Part shown: positions 1-10,434 of the stretch, in pieces
How positions within the stretch are numbered: the first letter of the stretch is position 1
Layout of the letters: every line of letters begins with the position of its first letter
Assembly (NCBI GenBank): GCA_964016885.1
Contig: OZ024741.1
Coordinates: 259,222,001 to 259,286,000 of the forward strand
Direction: 5' to 3'
Length of the DNA stretch: 64,000 nucleotides
DNA from: Eledone cirrhosa
Lineage: Eukaryota
Made by a program: the position numbers and the translations under genes
The notes under the pieces: model-generated
Database searches by the model: none
Told to the model about the DNA's origin: nothing
What the model saw: the letters and a program-made list of their open reading frames with translations, nothing else

Positions 1-3000
1 CATCCGTAAGTCGGAACACTCGTAAGTCGAAACACTCGTAAGTCGAAACACTCGTAAGCCGAAACACTCGTAAGCCGAAACACTCGTAAGTCGGAACACT
101 CGTAAGTCGGAACACTCGTAAGTCAGAACACTCGTAAGTCAGAACACTCGTAAGTCAGAACACTCGTAAGTCAGAACACTCGTAAGTCGAAACACTCGTA
201 TCGAAACACTCGTATGTCAAAACACCCGTAAGTCAAAACACTCGTAAGTCGAAACACTCGTAAGTCGAAACATTCGTATGTCGAAACATCCGTAAATCAG
301 AACACTCGTAAGTCGAAACACTCGTAAGTCGAAACACTCGTAAGCCGAAACACTCGTAAGTCGAAGCACTCGTATCGAAACACTCGTAAGTCGAAACACC
401 CTTAAGTCAAAACACTCGTAAGCCAAAACACTCGTAAGTCGAAACACTCGTAAGTCGGAACACTCGTAAGTCAGAACACTCGTAAGTCAGAACACTCGTA
501 AGTGGAAACACGCGTAAGTCGAAACACTCATAAGTCGAAACACTCGTAAGTCGAAACACCCGTAAGTCGAAACACCCGTAAGTCGAAACACTCGTATGTC
601 GAATAACTCGTAAGCCGAAACACCGTAAGTCAAAACACTCGTAAGTCGAAACACTCGTAAGTCGAAACACCCATAAGCCGAAACACTCGTAAGCCAAAAC
701 ATTCGTAAGTCGAAACACTCGTAAACCGAAACACTCGTAAGCCAAAACATTCGTAAGTCGAAACACTCGTAAGTCGAAACACCCATAGCCGAAACACTCG
801 TAAGTCTGAACACACGTAAGTCAGAACAGCCGTAAGTCAGAACACTCGTAAGTCAGAACACTCGTAAGTCAGAACACTCGTAAGTCAGAGCACTCGTATC
901 GAAACACTCGTATGTCAAAACACCCGTAAGTCAAAACACTCGTAAGTCGAAACACTCGTAAGTCGAAACACTCGTATGTCGAAACATCCGTAAATCAGAA
1001 CACTCGTAAGTCGAAACACTCGTAAGTCGAAACACTCGTAAGCCGAAACACTCGTAAGTCGAAGCACTCGTATCGAAACACTCGTAAGTCGAAACACCCT
1101 TAAGTCAAAACACTCGTAAGCCAAAACACTCGTAAGTCGAAACACTCGTAAGTCGGAACACTCGTAAGTCAGAACACTCGTAAGTCAGAACACTCGTAAG
1201 TGGAAACACGCGTAAGTCGAAAGACCCGTAAGTCAAAAATCTCGTAAGTCAAAACACTCGTAAGCCGAAACACTCGTAAGTCGAAACACTCGTAAGTCGA
1301 AACACCCGTAAGTCGGAACACTCGTAAGTCAGAATACTCGTAAGTCAAAACACTCGTAAACCGGAACACCCGTAAGGCAAAACATTCGCATGTCAAAACA
1401 CTCGTAAGTCGAAACACTCGTAAGCCGAAACACTCGTAAGTCGAAACACTCGTAAGTCGAAACACTCGTAAGTCGAAACACTCGTAAGTCAGTGCACCCG
1501 TAAGTCAGAACACTCGTAGTCAGAATACTCGTAAGTCGAAACACTCGTATGTCGAAACACCCGTAAGTCGAAACATCCGTAAGTCAAAACACTCGTATGT
1601 CGAAACACTCGTAAGCCGAAACACTCATAAGTCGAAACACTCGTAAGCCGAAACACCCGTAAGTCAAAACATTCGTAAGTCAAAACACTCGTAAGTCGAA
1701 ACACCCGTAAGTCAAAACACTCGTATGTCGAAACACTCGTAAGCCGAAACAACGTAAGTAAAAACACTCGTAAGTCGAAACACCCATAAGTCGAAACACT
1801 CGTAAGCCGAAACACTCGTAAGTCGAAACACTCATAAGCCGAAACACTCGTAAGTCGGAACACTCGTAAATCAGAACACCCGCAAGTCAGAACACTCGTA
1901 AATCAGAACACTCTTAAGTCGAAACTCACGTACGCTGAAACACTCGTAAGTCGAAACACTCGTAAGTCGAAACATCCTTAAGTCGAAACACTCGTACACC
2001 GAAACACTCGTAAGTATAAACATTAGTAAGTCGAAACACTCGTAAGCCGAAACACTCGTAAGTCGAAACACCCGTAAATCGAAACACCCGTAAGTCAAAA
2101 CACTCGTATGTCGAAACACTCGTAAACCGAAACACTCGTAAGTCGGAACACTCGTAAGTCAGAACACTCGTAAGTCAGAACACTCGTAAGTCGAAACACT
2201 CATAAGTCGAAACACTCGTAAGTCGAAACACCCGTAAGTCGAAACCCCCGTAAGTCGAAACACTCGTATGTCGAATAACTCGTAAGCCGAAACACCGTAA
2301 GTCAAAACACTCGTAAGTCAAAACACTCGTAAGTCGAAACACCCATAAGCCGAAACACTCGTAAGCCAAAACATTCGTAAGTCGAAACACTCGTAAACCG
2401 AAACACTCGTAAGCCAAAACATTCGTAAGTCGAAACACTCGTAAGTCGAAACACCCATAGCCGAAACACTCGTAAGTCGGAACACACGTAAGTCAGAACA
2501 CCCGTAAGTCAGAACACTCGTAAGTCAGAACACTCGTAAGTCAGAGCACTCGTATCGAAACACTCGTATGTCAAAACACCCGTAAGTCAAAACACTCGTA
2601 AGTCGAAACACTCGTAAGCCGAAACACCGTAAGCCAAAACACTCGTAAGTCGAAACACCCGTAAGTCGGAACACTCGTAAGTCGAAACACTCGTAAGTCG
2701 AAACACTCGTAAGCCGAAACACTCGTAAGCCGAAACACTCGTAAGTCGGAACACTCGTAAGTCGGAACACTCGTAAGTCAGAACACTCGTAAGTCAGAAC
2801 ACTCGTAAGTCAGAACACTCGTAAGTCAGAATACTCGTAAGTCGAAACACCCGTAAGTCGAAACACCCGTAAGTCGAAACACTCGTATGTCGAATAACTC
2901 GTAAGCCGAAACACCGTAAGTCAAAACACTCGTAAGTCGAAACACTCGTAAGTCGAAACACCCATAAGCCGAAACACTCGTAAGCCAAAACATTCGTAAG

Positions 3001-6000
3001 TCGAAACACTCGTAAACCGAAACACTCGTAAGCCAAAATATTCGTAAGTCGAAACACTCGTAAGTCGAAACACCCATAGCCGAAACACTTGTAAGTCTGA
3101 ACACACGTAAGTCAGAACACCCGTAAGTCAGAACACTCGTAAGTCAGAACACTCGTAAGTCAGAACACTCGTAAGTCAGAGCACTCGTATCGAAACACTC
3201 GTATGTCAAAACACCCGTAAGTCAAAACACTCGTAAGTCGAAACACTCGTAAGCCGAAACACCGTAAGCCAAAACACTCGTAAGTCGAAACACCCGTAAG
3301 TCGGAACACTCGTAAGTCGAAACACTCGTAAGTCGAAACACTCGTAAGCCGAAACACTCGTAAGCCGAAACACTCGTAAGTCGGAACACTCGTAAGTCGG
3401 AACACTCGTAAGTCAGAACACTCGTAAGTCAGAACACTCGTAAGTCAGAACACTCGTAAGTCGAAACACTCGTATCGAAACACTCGTATGTCAAAACACC
3501 AGTAAGTCGAAACACTCGTATCGAAACACTCGTATGTCAAAACACCAGTAAGTCAAAACACTCGTAAGTCGAAACACTCGTAAGCCGAAACACCGTAAGT
3601 CGAAACACCCGTATGTCGAAACACTCGTAAGCCGAAACACTCGTAAGTCGAAACACTCGTAGTCGAAACACTCGTAAGTCGAAACACCCGTAAGTCGAAA
3701 CACTCGTAAGTCGAAACACTCGTAAGCCGAAACACTCGTAAGTCGAAACACTCATAAGCCGAAACACTCGTAAGTCGAAACACTCGTAAGTCAGAACACT
3801 CGTAGTCAGAACACTCGTAAGTCAAACCACTCGTAAGCCGAAACACTCGTAAGTCGAAACACTCGTAAGTCGAAACACTCGTAAGTCGAAAAACTCGTAA
3901 GCCGGAACACTCGTAAGTCAGAACACTCGTAAGTCAGAACACTCGTAAGTCGAAACATCCGTAAATCAGAACACTCCTAAGTCAAAACACTCGTAAGTCG
4001 AAACACTCGTAAGTCAAAAATACTCGTAAGTCGAAACACCCTTAAGTAAAAACACTCGTAAGTCGAAACACTCGTAAGCCGAAACACCCGTCAGTTAAAA
4101 CACCCGTAAGTCGAAACACTCGTAAGTCAAAACTCTCGTACGCCGAAACACTCGTAAGTAAAAACATTAGTAAGTCGAAACACTCGTAAGCCGAAAGACT
4201 CATAAGTCGAAACACTCGTAAGCCGAAACACCCGTAAGTCAAAACATTCGTAAGTCAAAACACTCGTAAGTCGAAACACCCGTAAGTCGAAACACTCGTA
4301 TGTCGAAACACTCGTAAGCCGAAACACCGTAAGTAAAAACACTCGTAAGTCGAAACACCCACAAGTCGAAACACTCGTAAGCCGAAACACTCGTAAGTCG
4401 AAACACTCATAAGCCGAAACACTCGTAAGTCGGAACACTCGTAAATCAGAACACCCGCAAGTCAGAACACTCGTATCGAAACACTCGTATGTCAAAACAC
4501 CCGTAAGTCAAAACACTCGTAAGTCGAAACACTCGTAAGCCGAAACACCGTAAGTAAAAAAACTCGTAAGTCGAAATACTCGTAAGTCGAAACACTCGTA
4601 AGCCGAAACAATCGTAATTCAAAACACTCGTAAGTCGAAACACTCGTAAGCCGAAACAATCGTAAGTCGAAACACTCGTAAGCCGAAAATACTCGTAAGT
4701 CGGAACACCCGTAAGCCGAAACACTCGTATGTCGAAACACTCGTAAGCCGAAACAACATAAGTAAAAACACTCGTAAGTCGAAACACCCATAAGTCGAAA
4801 CACTCGTAAGCCGAAACACTCGTAAGTCGAAACACTCATAAGCCGAAACACTCGTAAGTCGGAACACTCGTAAATCAGAACACCCGCAAGTCAGAACACT
4901 CGTAAATCAGAACACTCTTAAGTCGAAACTCACGTACGCTGAAACACTGGTAAGTCGAAACACTCGTAAGTCGAAACACTCGTAAGTATAAACATTAGTA
5001 AGTCGAAACACTCGTAAGCCGAAACACTCGTAAGTCGAAACACCCGTAAATCGAAACACCCGTAAGTCAAAACACTCGTATGTCGAAACACTCGTAAACC
5101 GAAACACTCGTAAGTCGGAACACTCGTAAGTCAGAACACTCGTAAGTCAGAACACTCGTAAGTCGAAACACTCATAAGTCGAAACACTCGTAAGTCGAAA
5201 CACCCGTAAGTCGAAACCCCCGTAAGTCGAAACACTCGTATGTCGAATAACTCGTAAGCCGAAACACCGTAAGTCAAAACACTCGTAAGTCGAAACACTC
5301 GTAAGTCGAAACACCCATAAGCCGAAACACTCGTAAGCCAAAACATTCGTAAGTCGAAACACTCGTAAACCGAAACACTCGTAAGCCAAAACATTCGTAA
5401 GTCGAAACACTCGTAAGTCGAAACACCCATAGCCGAAACACTCGTAAGTCGGAACACACGTAAGTCAGAACACCCGTAAGTCAGAACACTCGTAAGTCAG
5501 AACACTCGTAAGTCAGAACACTCGTAAGTCAGAGCACTCGTATCGAAACACTCGTATGTCAAAACACCCGTAAGTCAAAACACTCGTAAGTCGAAACACT
5601 CGTAAGCCGAAACACCGTAAGCCAAAACACTCGTAAGTCGAAACACCCGTAAGTCGGAACACTCGTAAGTCGAAACACTCGTAAGTCGAAACACTCGTAA
5701 GCCGAAACACTCGTAAGCCGAAACACTCGTAAGTCGGAACACTCGTAAGTCGGAACACTCGTAAGTCAGAACACTCGTAAGTCAGAACACTCGTAAGTCA
5801 GAACACTCGTAAGTCAGAATACTCGTAAGTCGAAACACTCGTATCGAAACACTCGTATGTCAAAACACCCGTAAGTCAAAACACTCGTAAGTCGAAACAC
5901 TCGTAAGTCGAAACACTCGTATGTCGAAACATCCGTAAATCAGAACACTCGTAAGTCGAAACACTCGTAAGCCGAAACACTCGTAAGTCGAAACACTCGT

Positions 6001-6248
6001 ATCGAAACACTCGTAAGTCGAAACACCCTTAAGTCAAAACACTCGTAAGCCAAAACACTCGTAAGTCGAAACACTCGTAAGTCGGAACACTCGTAAGTCA
6101 GAACACTCGTAAGTCAGAACACTCGTAAGTGGAAACACGCGTAAGTCGAAAGACCCGTAAGTCAAAAATCTCGTAAGTCAAAACACTCGTAAGCCGAAAC
6201 ACTCGTAAGTCGAAACACTCGTAAGTCGAAACATTCGTAAAGCGAAAC
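1..6248 (+). repeat. Insert-free domain (HOR-2 family)
   Basis: No 69-bp element. Contains HOR-2 marker monomers (GTGCAC at 1492, GTATAAACATTAG, CTCACGTACG, GAATAACTC). Positions 1-4650 match 44355-49004. Confidence 0.85.
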
Positions 6249-6317
6249 GTATAAATAAAGATTAATGTAATGAACTTGAAAAGCATAGATATTTGAAACC
6301 GCGTCTATTTGTTATTT
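6249..6317 (+). repeat. 69-bp AT-rich interspersed element, allele A (copy 1)
   Basis: GTATAAATAAAGATTAATGTAATGAACTTGAAAAGCATAGATATTTGAAACCGCGTCTATTTGTTATTT (17/69 G+C), between the variant monomer GTAAAGCGAAAC and TCGTAAG. Confidence 0.95.
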
Positions 6318-7461
6318 TCGTAAGTCGAAACACTCGTAAGTCAGAACACTCGTAAGTCAGAACACTCGTATCGAAACACGTATGTCAAAACACCCGTAAG
6401 TCAAAACGCTCGTAAGTCGAAACACTCGTAAGTCGAAACACTCGTAAGCCGAAACAATCGTAAGTCAAAACACTCGTAAGTCGAAACACTCGTAAGCCGA
6501 AAATACTCGTAAGTCGGAACACCCGTAAGCCGAAACCCTCGTAGGTCGGAACACTCGTAAGTCGAAACACTCTTAAGTCGAAACACCCGTAAGTCGAAAC
6601 ACTCGTAAGTCGAAACACCCGTAAGTCGAAACACTCGTAAGTCGAAACACCCGTAAGTCGAAACATCCGTAAGTCAAAACACTCGTATGTCGAAACACTC
6701 GTAAGCCGAAACACTCGTAAGTCGGAACACTCGCAAGTCAGAACACTCGTAAGTCAGAACACTCGTAAGTCGAAACACTCGTAAGTCGAAACACCCGTAA
6801 GTCGAAACGCCCGTAAGTCAAAACACTCGTATGTCGAAACACTCGCAAGCCGAAAAACCGTAAGTCAAAACACTCGTAAGTCGAAACACTCGTAAATCGA
6901 AACACTCGTAAGCCGAAACACTCGTAAGCGAAAACATTCGTTAGTCGAAACACTCGTATCCCGAAACACTCGTAAGTCGAAACACTCGAAAGCCGAAACA
7001 CTCGTAAGTCGAAACACTCATAAGCCGAAACACTCGTAAGTCGGAACATTCGTAAGTCAGAACACCCGTAAATCAGAACACTCGTAGTCAGAACACTCGT
7101 AAGTCGAAACACTCGTAAGCCGAAACACTCGCAAGTCGAAGCACTCGTAATCCGAAACACTCTTAAGTCGAAACACTCGTAAGTCGGAACACTCGTAAGT
7201 CAGAACACTCGTAAGTCAGAACACTCGTAAGTCGAAACACTCGTAAGCCGAAACATCCGTAAGTCAAAACATCCGTAAGTCAAAACATTCGTAAGTCGAA
7301 ACACCCGTAGTCGAAACACTCGCAAGTCGAAACACTCGTAAGTCGAAACACGCGTAAGTCGAAACACATGTAAGTCAAAACACTCGTAAGTCAAAACACT
7401 CGTAAGCCGAAACACTCGTAAGTCGAAACACTCGTAAGTCGAAACACTCGTAAAGCGAAAC

Positions 7462-7530
7462 GTATAAATAAATATTAATGTAATGAATTTGAAAAGCATA
7501 GAGATTTGAAACCGCGTCTATTTGTTATTT
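7462..7530 (+). repeat. 69-bp element, allele B (copy 2)
   Basis: Same element with T12, T27 and G42 (AAATATTAAT, GAATTTG, ATAGAG). Confidence 0.95.
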
Positions 7531-8338
7531 TCGTAAGTCGAAACACTCGTAAGCCGAAACACTCGTGAGCCGAAACACTCGTAAGTCGGAACACTCGTAA
7601 GTCAGAACACTCGTAAGTCAGAACACTCGTAAGTTAGAACACTCGTAAGTCAGAACACTCGTAAGTCAGAACACTCGTAAGTCGAAACACTCGTATCGAA
7701 ACACTCGTATGTCAAAACACCCGTAAGTCAAAACACTCGTAAGTCGAAACACTCGTAAGTCGAAACACTCGTAAGCCGAAACACTCGTAAGCCGAAACAC
7801 TCGTAAGTCGGAACACTCGTAAGTCGGAACACTCGTAAGTCAGAACACTCGTAAGTCAGAACACTCGTAAGTCAGAACACTCGTAAGTCAGAACACTCGT
7901 AAGTCGAAACACTCGTATCGAAACACTCGTATGTCAAAACACCCGTAAGTCAAAACACTCGTAATTCGAAACACTCGTAAGTCGAAACACTCGTATGTCG
8001 AAACATCCGTAAATCAGAACACTCGTAAGTCGAAACACTCGTAAGTCGAAACACTCGTAAGCCGAAACACTCGTAAGTCGAAGCACTCGTATCGAAACAC
8101 TCGTAAGTCGAAACACCCTTAAGTCAAAACACTCGTAAGCCAAAACACTCGTAAGTCGAAACACTCGTAAGTCGGAACACTCGTATGTCAGAACACTCGT
8201 AAGTCAGAACACTCGTAAGTGGAAACACGCGTAAGTCGAGAGACCCGTAAGTCAAAAATCTCGTAAGTCAAAACACTCGTAAGCCGAAACACTCGTAAGT
8301 CGAAACACTCGTAAGTCGAAACATTCGTAAAGCGAAAC

Positions 8339-8407
8339 GTATAAATAAAGATTAATGTAATGAACTTGAAAAGCATAGATATTTGAAACCGCGTCTATTT
8401 GTTATTT
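8339..8407 (+). repeat. 69-bp element, allele A (copy 3)
   Basis: Matches copy 1. Confidence 0.95.
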
Positions 8408-9518
8408 TCGTAAGTCGAAACACTCGTAAGTCAGAACACTCGTAAGTCAGAACACTCTTAAGTCAGAACACTCGTATCGAAACACGTATGTCAAAACACC
8501 CGTAAGTCAAAACACTCGTAAGTCGAAACACTCGTAAGTCGAAACACTTGTAAGCCGAAACAATCGTAAGTCAAAACACTCGTAAGTCGAAACACTCGTA
8601 AGCCGAAAATACTCGTAAGTCGGAACACCCGTAAGCCGAAACCCTCGTAGGTCGGAACACTCGTAAGTCGAAACACTCGTAAGTCGAAACACCCGTAAGT
8701 CGAAACACTCGTAAGTCGAAACACCCGTAAGTCGAAACATCCGTAAGTCAAAACACTCGTATGTCGAAACACTCGTAAGCCGAAACACTCGTAAGTCGGA
8801 ACACTCGCAAGTCAGAACACTCGTAAGTCGAAACACTCGTAAGTCGAAACACCCGTAAGTCGAAACGCCCGTAAGTCGAAACACTCGTATGTCGAAACAC
8901 TCGCAAGCCGAAAAACCGTAAGTCAAAACACTCGTAAGTCGAAACACTCGTAAATCGAAACACTCGTAAGCCGAAACACTCGTAAGCGAAAACATTCGTT
9001 AGTCGAAACACTCGTATCCCGAAACACTCGTAAGTCGAAACACTCGAAAGCCGAAACACTCGTAAGTCGAAACACTCATAAGCCGAAACACTCGTAAGTC
9101 GGAACACTCGTAAGTCAGAACACCCGTAAATCAGAACACTCGTAGTCAGAACACTCGTAAGTCGAAACACTCGTAAGCCGAAACACTCGCAAGTCGAAGC
9201 ACTCGTAATCCGAAACACTCTTAAGTCGAAACACTCGTAAGTCGGAACACTCGTAAGTCAGAACACTCGTAAGTCAGAACACTCGTAAGTCGAAACACTC
9301 GTAAGCCGAAACATCCGTAAGTCAAAACATCCGTAAGTCAAAACATTCGTAAGTCGAACACCCGTAGTCGAAACACTCGCAAGTCGAAACACTCGTAAGT
9401 CGAAACACGCGTAAGTCGAAACACATGTAAGTCAAAACACTCGTAAGTCAAAACACTCGTAAGCCGAAACACTCGTAAGTCGAAACACTCGTAAGTCGAA
9501 ACACTCGTAAAGCGAAAC

Positions 9519-9587
9519 GTATAAATAAATATTAATGTAATGAATTTGAAAAGCATAGAGATTTGAAACCGCGTCTATTTGTTATTT
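9519..9587 (+). repeat. 69-bp element, allele B (copy 4)
   Basis: Matches copy 2. Confidence 0.95.
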
Positions 9588-10365
9588 TCGTAAGTCGAAA
9601 CACTCGTAAGCCGAAACACTCGTGAGCCGAAACACTCGTAAGTCGGAACACTCGTAAGTCAGAACACTCGTAAGTCAGAACACTCGTAAGTTAGAACACT
9701 CGTAAGTCAGAACACTCGTAAGTCAGAACACTCGTAAGTCGAAACACTCGTATCGAAACACTCGTATGTCAAAACACCCGTAAGTCAAAACACTCGTAAG
9801 TCGAAACACTCGTAAGTCGAAACACTCGTAAGCCGAAACACTCGTAAGCCGAAACACTCGTAAGTCGGAACACTCGTAAGTCGGAACACTCGTAAGTCAG
9901 AACACTCGTAAGTCAGAACACTCGTAAGTCAGAACACTCGTAAGTCAGAACACTCGTAAGTCGAAACACTCGTATCGAAACACTCGTATGTCAAAACACC
10001 CGTAAGTCAAAACACTCGTAAGTCGAAACACTCGTAAGTCGAAACACTCGTATGTCGAAACATCCGTAAATCAGAACACTCGTAAGTCGAAACACTCGTA
10101 AGTCGAAACACTCTTAAGTCGAAACACTCGTAAGTCGAAACACCCTTAAGTCAAAACACTCGTAAGCCAAAACACTCGTAAGTCGAAACACTCGTAAGTC
10201 GGAACACTCGTAAGTCAGAACACTCGTAAGTCAGAACACTCGTAAGTGGAAACACGCGTAAGTCGAAAGACCCGTAAGTCAAAAATCTCGTAAGTCAAAA
10301 CACTCGTAAGCCGAAACACACGTAAGTCGAAACACTCGTAAGTCGAAACATTCGTAAAGCGAAAC

Positions 10366-10434
10366 GTATAAATAAAGATTAATGTAATCAACTTGAAAAG
10401 CATAGATATTTGAAACCGCGTCTATTTGTTATTT
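10366..10434 (+). repeat. 69-bp element, allele A variant (copy 5)
   Basis: Allele A with ATCAAC in place of ATGAAC; variant shared with copy 9. Confidence 0.95.

Noticed and set aside
557-572. Canonical CENP-B box in the CACCCG variant (minus strand TTCG-ACTT-A-CGGG)
   Set aside because: The mammalian box is TTCG-N4-A-N2-CGGG. Here the two bases between A and CGGG are missing, so it is not a true match; it is kept only as context for the pogo-related hypothesis.
6098-6286. MLFKFITLIFIYTFRF... ORFs as small secreted or membrane proteins
   Set aside because: The hydrophobic start is simply the AT-rich element read backwards and the rest is satellite. ORF length varies with monomer count, and three copies (11480, 20502, 57645) give no ORF above the track's cutoff.
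6249-6317. Element as an intact MITE, SINE or tRNA
   Set aside because: No convincing terminal inverted repeats, A/B boxes, poly(A) tail or cloverleaf. All copies sit in the same flanking context, so they spread with the HOR rather than by independent transposition.
6276-6321. Bacterial sigma-70 promoter or intrinsic terminator in the element
   Set aside because: Neither TTGAAA has a -10 hexamer at 16-18-bp spacing. The hairpin is AT-rich and weak, and there is no gene to regulate.
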